Assembly: GCA_054661495.1 (NCBI GenBank) | Contig: BAAFSQ010000006.1 | Coordinates: 1-32,000 of the forward strand | Source of the DNA: Zygophlyctis sp. KS116 | Taxonomy: Eukaryota > Fungi > Chytridiomycota | Reading direction: 5' to 3' | DNA: 32,000 bases | Notes under the pieces: generated by a model | What the model saw: only the letters and a program-made list of their open reading frames with translations | The model's database searches: none | Told to the model about the DNA's origin: nothing | In this document: positions 1 through 13,800 of the stretch, piece after piece | How positions within the stretch are numbered: the stretch's first letter is position 1 | How the letters are laid out: each line of letters begins with the position of its first letter | Program-made: the position numbers and the translations under genes

Positions 1-3000
1 GTAAAATATAAGTTTATCACATCTGTGGAACTTTCAGATTTTGCTTCAGCAATCCACTGCCCGACTATTCCGTAACAGCGCCCTAAGTTTTCACAATTAT
101 CTTCCTTTGAATCTGTCTGCTCATTGATCTGTTTTATAATGTCCTTTAAAAGTCGGATAGCTAGGAGCTTCTCATTTTGCAACCAAAGAATTTTTAACCT
201 TTCCAAAATTCCTTTTAGATCACTTAGTCCAAACAACATGAATGGTCCGTTCTTTTTTAGAAGTTTATACTGATAAATAGATGCCAAAGACCCTTGTAAA
301 AATCCATTTTTTCGACATAGTTTCGAGTACTCCAAACAATGATCAGAAAGGTAATTTGTATGATCATTATTTGTCATTTTAATGTACCTCGTCAATAGTT
401 GCGTCCTACACGCCATGTTAGATTCATATAAATCAAAGTCATAATTTGAGAGAATCAATTGGTTACTGATTTTCCAGGAGCTGAAAATGGCATCTACTTC
501 CAGCGTAGACTTTTCAAGTGCCATATAAATATCATAGAATTCAGAAATGAAAACAAGTGAGTACAAAAGTTCATTTCTGTCCTGAAGAGCGGATGTTTGT
601 AACTGACTAATAACTTTCAAAAAAGACCTATCGATATTGTTTTTGTATTCCTGTATTGAACCTAGATCTAAAGCAGAAAGACATTGATATATAATATAAT
701 CTCTACTAAATGAATTTTCGTCATCTAATGAATTTTGGTCTGTCAAATTATCCCATGAATTATTTCTCCATTTTGCCTCAAAAGTAATGTTAGATGAAAT
801 GCCAAAATCGCTTCTGTCAAGAAGGAAAAAGTCCCCTTGGCTCTTTAAAGCATGAGCCAGATCTATACGAGCTACATCTATGTCAGGATTTGTTAATAGT
901 TGGGCTTGTTGGGATTGACTTAGTCTATCCCACGCCTTCTGACATTTCCTATAAAACTTATCTTTTTGAAATATCTTACAGCTTTTCATTGATAAGCGAT
1001 TCTGATATCTGAGATGAGTTAAGTAGCATCATTATTCCAATTAATCCATCAGAATCATTTATTTTCTTGTAAATGCCTGCCAAAATTTCCAGAAACTTGT
1101 GCTTTTGCGAATTATCAGTTATGAGAGAAATTTCTGCGAAAAATAACGCATGATATCCCATGTCGCTTAGCCCTGCAGATTTAGCAAGATGATAGAAATC
1201 AACATTTATCCATTTTATATTATTTTCAAAGAGATTCAAAGCTTCCGGATGATTCTGTCGTCTTAGAAAGTCTACTGTGTTAATGATTGACCGAACGTTA
1301 TCCAATTCAACCGCATTTGATACAGACAAAATGTTATTGATTTGCATTTCGAACAATTGCTTAAAGTTCGGATCACTTAAATGTTCGAAAACAATAAATG
1401 GAAATAGTGATTCTGCCATTTTCGGACAGATCTCGAAAATACCAGGTAAAAATGATAAAATTCCTTTCTGCTCTTTCCAAAATAAAATTCCATTTGCCAA
1501 ATTCGATATCCATGTGTCCTGTTTTTCTGTAATCCAAGCCTCTGCCTGCCTAATATTTGCATAAGTTTTACTCGGCTTCGGCGGCTTTAGTCTTTTTAAT
1601 CTGCCGAAACGTTCTCTAAGAATTCTAATTGATTCAAATGTAGTTTCCGAACAATTTTTTTCTGCAAAAGAGAAAAAGGAATCCTGTTTCAAAATACATG
1701 AGAGCGTAAGAGATGCCATTTGTCTTAGCTCACGATCGCCCAAATACAATAGATCGTTCAGCTCCTCAAAGATCACAATTTCTACTAACTCGTGTTTGAC
1801 ATTCGAAATTGCAGTTGGTGCTAACTTCCTACGTGAAAAGGGTATCAGCTTTCCTAGAATATATCCGATCTTAAGCAAGGACTTCTTAGGTACTTTGTCT
1901 TTCTGTACGATATTCAACAGACGCCAAATTAAATTTTGAGAAAAATCTAAATTTGAGAGTAAACATTCGGTTGTAGATTCAAGATTAATTAAACTTGCGA
2001 GATGATCAACCATGAAATATTTGAATTCGTTAGGAAGAGAAAAATTAAAAATATCTTTCAGGCCAAAATCTATCGGGGAAGAAGGTTCGTCATCTAATTG
2101 ATATTCTGAAAGGTACTTAATAGATCCTCCTAATTCAGCTATTTGAAGCTGTAATTGTCTTCTTGTTTCTTTTAAGATATTTTGAATGGCTTGATTATTA
2201 TCATATCTATCAATAATATCCTTCATTGCATTCATCAAAGACATGCCCAACTCTCTGATTAGTTTGGCATTATGTTTCCTTGTGTAAGTAAATATAAATA
2301 TCAGCAATATCGACAGCATTTTTACATGCATTGGATTTTGCATATATTCGGTAATTGTCCTGATGATCATATGAAATATGAGTGGGTGAAGAATATTGGA
2401 TAAATTTAAATATAAACAAGCTGTATAGCCGTTTTTTAAGATCCTGTGACGCTCATATTCAAATATTTGAATTTCCAAACTACGGTCAAACCATTCTAAG
2501 ATCAGTTGAAAATCCCCCCTAGACAAAAAGCAATCCGCGTTCTTATTACTGAAAAGAAAATCCAATATGGAGGTAATTTTTTTCATATTTAGAGCACAAT
2601 GCAATATAGGTCTTGTAATTGAGAAATTAGGTTCCCTAAATCTCTCATCAAATTCAGCTGACAGCGTCTGGATGTCTTTATTCCAGTTCTTCATACTTTT
2701 ATCGTCATCAATAATCAAAAAAGCTTTAAAAAGACCAGTCAAATCATTCCTTAAACTTTCCAGGGGATCAATTACTCCAATTTTCTCCAATGTAAATTTC
2801 CAGCGATTATCATTCACCTTAAATTAAAAATTGATTGATTACCAATTCATCCATCTCTTTATGATCTTGCGCCAGCTCCACTAAAATGCTGGTTATATTC
2901 TGCCGTAAAACCAGAGGAGCTGAATGTTCTGATTCATGTAATATTTGAGATAATAGATCCCATTTTGAATCATATACAATTTTTGGGAGACTATGCCCTA

Positions 3001-6000
3001 GAATATGCAAAAGGAACTCGGCCAACGAGGAACACCCACACAATATATATGGAAATGTTTCTATGCGTCGTTCCCAACGGAATAAAAGTCTCTGCTCAAT
3101 CATAGCTACAAGAAATGCGCTGTTCGTTGAAAACCCCAAACTATTTGCAAGATCATCCAGAAGATTAGACACAAGAAAGGTTGTGTAGTCAGTAACAACT
3201 AGTTCTAACATCTTAACTACCGCTGATAAGCGCATTAATGAATAATATTTCGCAAATTTCATGTAAAATAAGGCAGTACTGATAAAAAATAGCACATCTT
3301 CTGATCGAGTTTGAGTTATAGTTTCAAATTCAAATGCTAGATCACCACGTTTTACAAGTAATGGCAAATAATCTGAAACATGCATTCGAGCTTCAAAATG
3401 ATGATGATTCCATGCACTGGAATAAAGCAATCTAGAAGATTCCAAAAGAGTTGAATCATTGAAGATAATTTGGTCCATATTTAGATCTAAAGATCGCACA
3501 TACAATTTTATATAAAGTAAAAATACCCTCCAATGAACACATACATCATCGGATGATCTTAAGCTGGTTTTTCCTCTTAGCAAGAGGGTATATGCAGCTA
3601 TGAGCTTTTTAAACAGTTCAATTACTTCTTGCGATGATGAATTTATCAAAGGCAACAGTTGATACATAATATTCAAAGATGCGCATAGAATCCACTGATT
3701 TTTGGATAAGAATGATAAATTAAGGATGTAAGACATAATAGAAAGGCAATCATGGATAGCACTAGAACCTAAACCAAAGGCGGATACAGTGATCCAATTG
3801 GAAAATTGTATGTAAAACTTGATAAGCGACTCATTTCCGTGAAATTTTTCGTCTCGAAGTATAGTGAAAAATATTTCAGTTTCAGCTTGCGATACTAGTA
3901 TGGCACTGTAAGAACAATAATATCTAACACTGATCAGAGCATTCAGACGTGCCAAAACTATAATTTCGTCAGAATCCATACTTGTATTGAATGCTGAATT
4001 ATTGTAAAGAAGCTGCGTGGGAGAGGCAGTGATTAGCGCCTTCTTTTTCCAAGTTCCTGTCGACTTTTCCGGTGAATTGTCCGAATCACTGAATTTAAAA
4101 GCTTCCGTATTTCTTTTGCGCTTTTGCACAACAATATTCCCGGAATTATATTTAATGAGAGAAGAAATGCATACATTCATCAACTTGGTTATTTCATCTG
4201 CCAAATGTAATAACATCTCATCGTTAGACTTGATATTCGTTTGAATTAGAGCTTTATGTACGGTTTGCAAAAATTGATGATTTAAAGTAACTACACAATT
4301 AGATATGAGCAAATAATCCCCAAACTTTTTTATTAGAGCGGGTATTTTGTTTCTGATTAGAACTTCAAAAACAGATTTGGGAATGCTGTGTTTGTTTAAC
4401 CAACGATTCAATACAAACTGAATAACTAGTAGAAAATACAGGCATTTTCGTTGCCATTCGGGGCTTACATCTATAAAATCGAGAAGATTATTAGCCGCAT
4501 CTACAATACAAGAAATTATTTCCTGCGTTTCAATACTATTTAGCTTCAAATGCTTGATTTGTGTATTCTGCCTGATTCCATTGATGCAAAAATTAATCCA
4601 ACGAGAAAATTGATAATGACGGTACTCAAGAATATATACATCAAATGCTCTTTCAGATTGAAAAGGGATCGATGTTGCATTTTCTTCATCCAAATTTGTA
4701 GTTGACAAGTTTAGTAACGAAGAATCTTGGCCGAATGGTATTAAAAGTGTACATATCGATAATAAAAAATAGCCCAGTGTTTCATAAGGAGTTACGAGTG
4801 CATTTGACATCCAGCCCAAGAATCTTTTGGTATGAAATTGCGGGTAATTGACGGAAAGCAAAGTATAAATGAGGCTTAAAGACTGCTCTGTTATTACTGC
4901 AAACGCCCAATCCCAGCATTCGTTCCCCATTTTCAAAAATAAAATATCCTGTCGTTTCTCCGCAACTACTTTCACCAGGCCCATTGATGCCTCTGAAGCT
5001 TTTAAGGTTAAAATAACGTTCAATATGGAGTCCCAATCCACCAACTCTTTTTTGATAGCCTGCAACACTTGAGTGATGGCTATTACAATCCAAGATGAAG
5101 CTATTTCAGAGCTACCTGTTGGTGTGTAAGATTTTATCAACATTCCCAATATAATCTTTTGATGCTTCTCTGGTATCTTTTCTGAATATTTGAGAAACAT
5201 TACAAATATAATCTGACATACCAAGTAATTGTCAGGTAAAAGTTTTCTAAATGCCGAGTGTATAGTCAGCAAGGGTTGAATATGAAGGATACGATTACCA
5301 CAACTATCGCCTGATTTACAATTGATCGCATGGTTTTCATCAGCTCTTTGATAGTCTAAAATAGAGCATACAATATTGGCAAAAACATCACAAAATGACA
5401 ATGATTCCCAGGAAGTATTCACAAGTTTAAGATTTATAAGATCAGAAATAGAGCCTATAGGAATTTTGGAAACAATTCCTTCAATATCAGATACCAAATG
5501 AACAGAATTCTTAAATCTAGCCAAAAAATCATATTGCAACGAGTCCCAAATCAACGTTAGAGAAATTGAATGATATTCTTGAGATTCAACTACTTTAAGA
5601 AATTCCAAAAGATCTAAATACAACCTAAGTAAACTCAACAGAGGCCCTTTAATACCGTTCTTAGATTGAATAAACTTTAACGCACTGATGGAAAGCTTTC
5701 TAGCAAGATTACATGCAATATTTGGAGAATTTATCCCCCATTCAAATAGCAAATGATTTGCAGTTACAAGCAATATTGGATGCGCAGCATTTTCGACTTC
5801 AAAAGTTTCAAATAGCCCAATCACACATTCCAGCACCCAAATCGCCTGTTTACCCTGATGAGATGACCAGTCGCGTGGATAACTTAGAACCAATAATTGT
5901 AAAAGTTTTGAAAATTCATGAATTACACCAGATGAGACACCTTTCCCATTCTCTTCATTTCCTCTGAGAACCAAATCACAGAATCCGATCAGATCTACAT

Positions 6001-6434
6001 ATTGATTTACAGTTAAGACATTTCTATTTTCCGGAAAAGAGAATAAATGATTTAGCAGCTTCCCATCATACGCGATTAGAATATCAAATATTGAAGGTGA
6101 ATGCATATCAAAGACATGATCTAATATAGCATTAATGACTTTCTTTGGGACCTGCCGTCCAAACTCAACGATGATCATCATTAGTACATTCTCAAGTCTT
6201 CGCAAGTGATCCAGCTTTGCGGACTTGTTTGTTTTCTTTTGTTCGAATGAGTGCTTTTCCGTCATTAATGAATTTGAGATTCCCTGAATAACTCCAACCT
6301 GAAGCAACTTTGAAGGATCGCCCGTTGCCAGCAACGATTCCAGTCCTTGCAATGCAATACTAGTATCCTATATTTTAAGCTGTAACGATTACCTTTGGCT
6401 TTCCCGATTCCAGTAGATTCAGCAGGCTCTGCAT
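1..6434 (-). CDS. TEL1: ATM/Tel1 PIKK kinase, 5' part (runs off window at base 1). Exons 6434-6393, 6367-2843, 2817-980, 948-<1
   Basis: Introns 6368-6392 (25 nt), 2818-2842 (25 nt) and 949-979 (31 nt) join the ORFs in frame. N-terminus MQSLLNLLESGKPK/DTSIALQGL is TAN-like. FAT-region motifs WINVDFYHLAKSA..HALFFAEI, IYKKINDSDGL, EAKWRNNSWD and GQWIAEAKSE resemble ATM. The kinase domain lies outside the window. Confidence 0.85.
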
Positions 6435-6616
6435 TCAAATCCAGTGTTTACGGCAAGGGGAGTTGACGATTCAACAGCCGAAAGCAGACACTCAAAGGAT
6501 CAATAATACTCAAGCTTATACATTGATTATTGCCCCTGGAAAATGCATCAATGATCACTCACTGTAGGCCACGATCAATGATCAATATTTAAAGAATTTA
6601 ATAGAAAAAAACATAT

Positions 6617-9555
6617 TTACATCAGAATTTCAACCTGATCCACAAAAAGATCATCAACCCATGTCAAAAAGCCAATAAATATTTCACTGATTCTTTCAGT
6701 GTCAGAAACAGAATAAACAGCCATCAGGAGACAGATAAAGTAGATGGCGGATTTATAATAGCTTCGCCTTGAGGGACGGGCATCAATGGTGGGTAAAATT
6801 TCTATTGGCATAGTGCCTTTGTGCGATAGTTCCTAATTTTAAGAAAATTAAATATACAAGGATAGTATTTGTTCCTACGGTCGAGGTTTCTGGGAGAGGA
6901 GCCTTGAAAAGTATTGTCCTATTTCTCTCCAGTATAACCTCTTCTTCAAGTTGGACAACTTTACTTCTTAAAGTGTCAATAGAGTCAAGTTTGTTTTCTA
7001 GGTCTTCGTGAGAAACCGATGCAACAAATTCTGCTTGAGAGATGTCCGACTTTAGACGTGAAATCATATTTCCAATTTCTGAATCATACTTGTTTCTTTG
7101 ATCCAATTGTCTTCTAGTTTCTAAAACTTGATTCTGTACAGCAGATAATTGGGATTTCAGATTGTTCTAGAGTTAAATTAAAAGGTTAAGTACATTTTCG
7201 CCTTCAATCTCTGACAAGCTGAAAAGCAAATTCTTGATTTTATGGTCTAATTATTATTGATTTGAAAAGATACCGAATTCTTTCTCTGCACAAGTTTCAT
7301 AGTAAAAAGATTCTTGGTGGATATTTGCTATTTCAGACATTCCTTCTTCAATTGCTCCAAAAGAATTTATAAATTCTGGAATTTTTGGAGCAAGATTGAA
7401 AACCTGGCATGAAAAGTCCGAAAAGGTTTTTAAAACGAATTCATCTTGCACCTGAATACTCGAATCCTTAGTAGAAAGAAGAGCAGTCTGAACTTGAGAA
7501 TCATTTAGATTCTTATTCATATGTGTATTTATGACTTGTATGCCTTTATTTACATAGCCCTTATTTTCAAAATTCGTATTACAGGATTTATCTACACATT
7601 CCAAATTTTGAGTCTGAGCTCCTGTTGTTATTAACATAAACAAATCGTCAGATTCAGTTGAAATACTTTCCATTGTTGCTAAGCTAGCTTGGGTTTCTTG
7701 ATCCTATAATAAATAAATATAAAATTACAATTTTGACTCCATTTCTATTATGAATTTCAACATTCAACAAGAGTGTTTCATTATTTGCTTTTAATTTTTG
7801 ATTTTCATTAACCATCATTTCTTTTTCCATCGCGATTAGCTCGAGTTTCTTGCTTAATTCATCACTATTCATTTCCAACTTCATTTTGGTTTCTTTCTCA
7901 ATCTCGTAAAGTTGATCCATTCTAAAAAGTTCCGACTGATAGCTCTCTATACGTCCTTGTAATAATTCTTTTTCTTTTGCTTCTTTATCTATCTTTTCTA
8001 TGATATTCAAAGTTTGAGCATCTTTCTTTGTCTGCAAGTTTTGATTTTGATTTAATATAGTCTCATTTTCCATTCTCACCTTTTCCATATGCTTAAGCAC
8101 GTCATTGTACTCCATTTCCAATTTTGTCCTGATTTCACATTCACTTTGATAGAGTTGGTTCAGCTGAAAGATTTCATTTCTAAGTAATTCTTCTTTTTCT
8201 TCCTCTTTTTTGTATAATTCATCCTTTATATTTAACAGCCGAGATTCACTGTTTTCCTTTAGTTTTTGATTTTCACTGTAAAGATTCTCTTTTTCCTTCC
8301 TTACTTCTTCTAGCTTCTTGCTCAAGTGATTATACTCTATTTCCAACTTTAACTTGATCTCTTTTTCACTCTGACAAAGCCCATTCATTTTATAAATTTC
8401 AGACTGATTGTCGTCGAATTTTTTTTGCAATTCTTGCTTTTCCTGCTCTTCATTGTACAATTTATCTCTTAGTACAGATATTTCATTGCGTAATTCAACC
8501 AAGAGACTAGATTTCGACTCTTCAGAAGAATTCAACTTTACAAACAGCTCTGTATTATCTTCTTGTTCTTTTTCTAATTTGACTTGTAATTCCTTAATTT
8601 CATTTTTGAATTCTTGAGTGACTTTGAAGTGATTATCCTTAAATTCACTTAATTTCAATGCTAAATTATCCCTTTCCACTTTTTCTAGTCTAATATGTTC
8701 TTTAAATTCATGTGTTTTTTGATTGAATTCCTCTTCTTGCCTAGAAAGTTGAATCTTGAGAGTATTTTTAGCATTTATTTCATAAACTGAATTTTCTTCA
8801 TTTTCTTGTACTCTCTGTTTGAGCGCTATACATTCTTTTACGACACCTTGATTCTCTAGAGTTAATTTTTCATAATCCTCTTTTATTTTTTCCACATTTC
8901 CTATTAATAATTGATTTTGAGAGACTAGTTCTCTTATTTCTTCTTGTAAATCTCCCTGAATTCTAGAGAAATTTTCTTTTAGAGTCTTTTTTGACTCAAT
9001 TTCCAACTCTAAAGACTCTTTCAACTTTAAAATCTTTGACTGATTTTCCAAAACCCCTTGTTCCACATTTTGAGATAATTCCTTGAATTTAATTTTTTCC
9101 TTTTGAATTTTAGAATTTAGTAGTCCTTGTTGAGCTATAGCCTCTTGAAATTTCCCTTTCAAACTTGAATTTTGTGACTTTAAGTCTTGTAAATTCAATT
9201 CTAAATTTGAAATTATAGTTTCTGCTCTTGATAATTTCCTTTTTAGAGAAGAAGGTGAATTTTCAAAAGAAGGAGACATGATTGGAGTTTGTTTTCCACC
9301 AAACAAATTGTCTGCAGTATGATTTTCTATAGAAACATTATCAGAAAAAGTCAAATGTTGGAGTAATTCTTCCAACGCTTTAGAGATATCAGAGCAAGAG
9401 ACTAGACAAGTTTGAATTTCTGGAGGTAAAAGAGAAAATATTTCTTCCAGTAAAAGAGTTGTATCAGTTGAATTTTCAGTATTTTGGATTTGTTTGAGTA
9501 GTTCAATGAGTACAGATACATTTGACGGTGAAATTGAAGACTCTAAACTCAGCAT
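6617..9555 (-). CDS. ~944-aa long coiled-coil protein with internal repeats, LC8-like motifs and a C-terminal hydrophobic segment
   Basis: AAAATG at 9555. Introns 7704-7728 (25), 7247-7273 (27), 7167-7193 (27) and 6833-6857 (25) give a 2835-nt in-frame CDS. E/K/L/N-rich heptads. Hydrophobic stretch SAIYFICLLMAVYSV follows basic RRSYYK near the C-terminus. Confidence 0.8.
7760..8450 (-). repeat. Three degenerate ~75-80 aa tandem repeats inside the coiled-coil CDS
   Basis: SEIYKMNGLCQSEKEIKLKLEIEYNHLSKKLE..ENQKLK..LLNI / NEIFQLNQLYQSECEIRTKLEMEYNDVLKHME..QNQNLQ..TLNI / SELFRMDQLYEIEKETKMKLEMNSDELSKKLE..ENQKLK..LLNV; boundaries approximate. Confidence 0.8.
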
Positions 9556-9739
9556 TTTCAACTTTTTCTAATTTTCCTTGAAAAAGACTATTTCTACGAT
9601 TAAAATTGAATAAATTTACAAAAAAACTAAAAAATTAAGAAATTCAGAGGTCCTAGGTTCCAACTCCACTCCTGGCAATTTTAGGATATTTTTCCTGGCA
9701 ACACATGCTCATGCTTGTCGCGGTTAAAATCTTTTTAAA

Positions 9740-10848
9740 ATGTCGCTAGCTTCTATTGTACCTGCAGGGGTCGTTACTGGAGATAATCTAAAAAAATTAT
9801 TTTCTTATGCTAAAGAAAAGGGATTCGCAATTCCAGCGGTTAATGTTACTTCAACTTCTACCGTAAATGCTACTTTGGAAGCTGCTCGAGATGCTAAATC
9901 CCCAGTTATTGTTCAATTCTCTAATGGAGGTGGAGCGTTCTTTGCAGGTAAAAGTCTGCCCAACAAAGAACAGGAGGCTTCAATTTTAGGATCTGTTGCT
10001 GGTGCGCATTACATTCGTTCAGTTGCTTCAGCTTATGGAATTCCCGTTGTGATTCATTCTGATCATTGTGCAAAGAAATTATTGCCGTGGTTTGATGGTA
10101 TGTTGAAAGCAGATGAAGAATATTTTGTTGCCCATGGAGAACCTCTTTTTTCTTCTCATATGTTGGATCTCTCAGAGGAACCAAAGGCAGAGAATATCTC
10201 TATTTGTAAGTCTTATCTTAAAAGAATGTCTGCAATTAATTGTCTATTGGAAATGGAAATTGGTATTACTGGTGGTGAAGAGGATGGTGTTAATAATGAA
10301 CACGTAGATAATGCATCTCTCTACACTCAACCAGAGGATATCTGGGATATTTACCGCGAATTTTCTGAAATTACTGATATGTTTACTATAGCTGCTGCTT
10401 TTGGTAATGTTCATGGTGTTTATAAACCTGGAAATGTCAAACTTCATCCTGAATTACTTGGAAAACATCAAGATTTTGTAAAGGAAAAATTAAAGTGTGC
10501 TTCAAATAAGCCTGTGTTTTTTGTTTTCCATGGTGGATCAGGCTCTACTAGTGAGGAAATTGCAATGGCTGTTTCTTTTGGTGTTGTCAAGGTATATTAG
10601 GAATTATAACTTAATATTAGATGAATATTGACACAGATTTGCAATGGGCCTATTGGGAAGGAATTAAAATCTTTTATGAATCTAAAAAGGGTTATTTGCA
10701 AGCACAGATTGGTAATCCAGAAGGTGCTGATAAGCCAAATAAGAAGTATTATGATCCTAGAGTATATCTACGAGAAGCTGAAAAAACTATGGTTGCTCGA
10801 GTCAATAAGGCATTGATTGAGTTAGGATCAGCTGGATCTCTAAAGTAA
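9740..10848 (+). CDS. FBA1: Fructose-bisphosphate aldolase class II (359 aa)
   Basis: FAIPAVNV, HSDHC, LFSSHMLDLSEE, GNVHGVY, VFHGGSGS, K/MNIDTD and NKKYYDPRVYLR motifs; 29-nt intron 10592-10620. Confidence 0.98.
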
Positions 10849-10888
10849 GATCTCAGAAATGTTCTGTTTGAGAAAAAAAATAAAAATT

Positions 10889-13800
10889 CTATCCGACATG
10901 TATTGTTTTAAAGTCTGTTACAATTGTGACATGAGGTCGAAGGTTACCTGTTGAGGCTGACTTCGATGAATGTATTTCTGCTGACACAGGAACGTGTAGA
11001 TACTCTGATTCTGAAACAATTTCAATTTCATCAGCAATTTTAAATGTTTGATCTGAATCTAATTCTCGTGCATCAATCAATATTGCAAGGGTGAATTTCA
11101 TTCCAGGTGCAACAGGTCCTTTTCGATAATTCAGAATGATCCTTTTGTTCTTTGGTTCCTTTATTCTAAATCGTGTTGTTTCAAGTCCGACATTTACGAA
11201 TTTTATATTAGTTTGATATATGTTTCCTTCTAGCAAAACTCCAAATTTGGCTCTTGATGGAAGTACTTCAAACGTTCCCAATGCATACGAAACTAAATGT
11301 AAAAGAAAATGATTTACCTCCTTTCTTTTGAAAAGGAACTGTTGATACAGTTTTGATTGGCCGTTTAGTTTCCGCTTCAATTTTTAAAAACCTTTCATTG
11401 GGAATAGCTCCGGGCTTGGTCATCTTTATGGCATTTGGCAGGGGTACTTTCTGCGTTCTTGGTGTACCATACACATCTATTGTCAACGGATCAAAAGACG
11501 GTTTTTGCGGAGCAGCTTTAATCTTAGATCCACTATCTATGTTATTATCATCGTCGCTTAAAATTTCTGTTTCATTGGCCAATTCGTTTGGCTCTATATT
11601 ATCCTTTAGTATAAATCAATAAAATTGAATACCGAATAGGGCGTTAGAAGACCTTGACTAGTTCTCTCCGTTTCTTCATTTTCTATTTTAGTCTGCTAAA
11701 TATGAACAAATCAAATATTTACAGTATTGGTGGTTTGACTAGTTCTTTCAGGTACTTCCGTTTCGGTTTCTGTGAGTATTTCTAATTTTTTGTTCTTAAC
11801 TGTTTGTACTGAAAACAGTCTTCCTTCGGGGCTATGAAAATAACAGGGAATATCGAGAGCGTCTTTGATAATTTTGTTCTTAGATATAACTGCCGTTTTT
11901 TGAGGCTGTTCATCTGGCGCTGGCAATGATGGAATTCTTGCTACTAATTTAGATAATCTCGGCTTAGTCCATATAGATTCACGCTTAACTTCTTGATATT
12001 GATACGAAATAAGAGAATTTTTTTGCAAAATAGTTTCATTTTGCAGGTACTTATTAAGTATTTTAGGTTTCATATCATTTTTAAAATTCTTCATGTAAGA
12101 TTCTTCTTCTGATAATGATGAAATAGATAGTTTATCTTTAGTAACAGGAAGCTGATTAAATTTAGCAGAATTATCTTCCTGTTCAATTCTCCAGCTCTCG
12201 TACTTGGAAATTGAATCCATGATCTTTAAACGAGTTTCGGGGCTCAAAGGTGAAAATCTAACAACCTAACATTAAATAATTGAATTACCTGTCTATATAG
12301 TAGATTCTTGACAACGCTCTTAGCAAACTTTAATGGCTGAATAGTAACAAATGAAATTGTGTCTTTGGGCTCAGATAAAGCCTCTTCGATAACTTCAGTT
12401 TGATTTTCTTTTAAACTGCCCTTGAAAAATTTAACTATGGATTCATCTCTTAAAAGTTCAGTCCCTGACCCATCTTTTCGAACGGCAAACAATCGCGGAA
12501 TATTCCCTGAAATATGTGAAGGCATTTCAACAGTTCCATCAACTAATGCTGATAAATTTTTGCCAACAGGCAAATTCATTGGTTTGGCATAAATATGAGA
12601 TTTTAATTCTGGATTTGTAACCGTAGATTCTCCTGTAGGAGAAATTTTGAAAATGCTACCAGAACTATCCTCTAGATCAAATTGACCATTAATCCAATTT
12701 AAGTTCAGCAATGTTTTGTACCTCATACTTTTTCCAGAGCTTATTCTTTCATTAATTTTAAAGCTTCCAAAAGAATCAACTTCGAAAGAAAATTCCCCCT
12801 AATTTTAGATTTAACAAAGAATACGCTTTCTAGAAATAGATAATTTTCGTGTGATTTCCCATCTGATTTAGTCCCTCGCTTGGCGGTTACATTATTAGGC
12901 AAAACCAAACTTTCATAATCTTTTTCCGATTCAATCATTATAGTTGCTAATCCACTTTTTTCGACTGAAACAGAGTAAGGGCCTTGAATTCGATAGTTTC
13001 CGACTTCATCAACAAGTTTCGATTCGTTGCCTTTACATGAAATCTTCATCTTTGTTCCATCAGCAAAATCTACCATTGAATTATTATGTTCTATAGAAAT
13101 AGAGACCATATCTCCCCTTTCTATTGTCCTTTTCCTTATTTCAGGATGATTTTCATTTATAAAGTATATTTTATCAGCTTTTACATTTTTCTCTGTGTCA
13201 ATTGATGTTCTCTGTGATTCTGAATTCACGGCAATCCATTGACCATCTTTATGTTTTGTAATTACATTACTATTTGGCTGCAAAATTTGAATTAAATTTC
13301 CATCCAAGTATCTTATAACTGTTCCCTTGCTTATTAAATTATTTAGTCTTTACATTTGGATAAATCATTCGGCTAATTTCAACTTCTGATATAGCCTTGT
13401 TGATACTTTCAAAGCATGTGATCCGCTGACAGACCTTTCGGTCTGGCAGGAAATCAATTACAAGTCCATCCGCTGTTGAAAGGGTCATTATCATCGAGTT
13501 ATTTAATTTTGACAAAGAAAGCACTGTTCCGTCTCGTAAAGATAATGTGGCATAGGGTGATTTGGTTGAATTGTTTTGAAAGGACCAAGTCAGGGTCATA
13601 TCTCTACTTGAGTAGCTCCCAGTAACTAAACCATATAAAATTTAAATCAATTTTACCATTTTCTGCGACGGTGGTCTTCCATTTACAGATTTCTATCTTT
13701 GATCCGTTATCAGGATAAAGAGCTGTTAATTCTTGATCAAAAGCGGAAAAACTATACCCAGCTATATATCCAATCGAATTTGGGGAGTAATTTAATGCAG

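Noticed and set aside
794-5967. Antisense or alternative-frame ORFs over TEL1, and similar ones over FBA1, HBS1, BiP and others
   Set aside because: Short shadow ORFs without recognisable motifs, overlapping well-supported genes
9670-9705. TCCTGGCAA duplicate resembling RFX X-box half-sites upstream of FBA1
   Set aside because: Only half-site matches; too weak to call without genome-wide statistics
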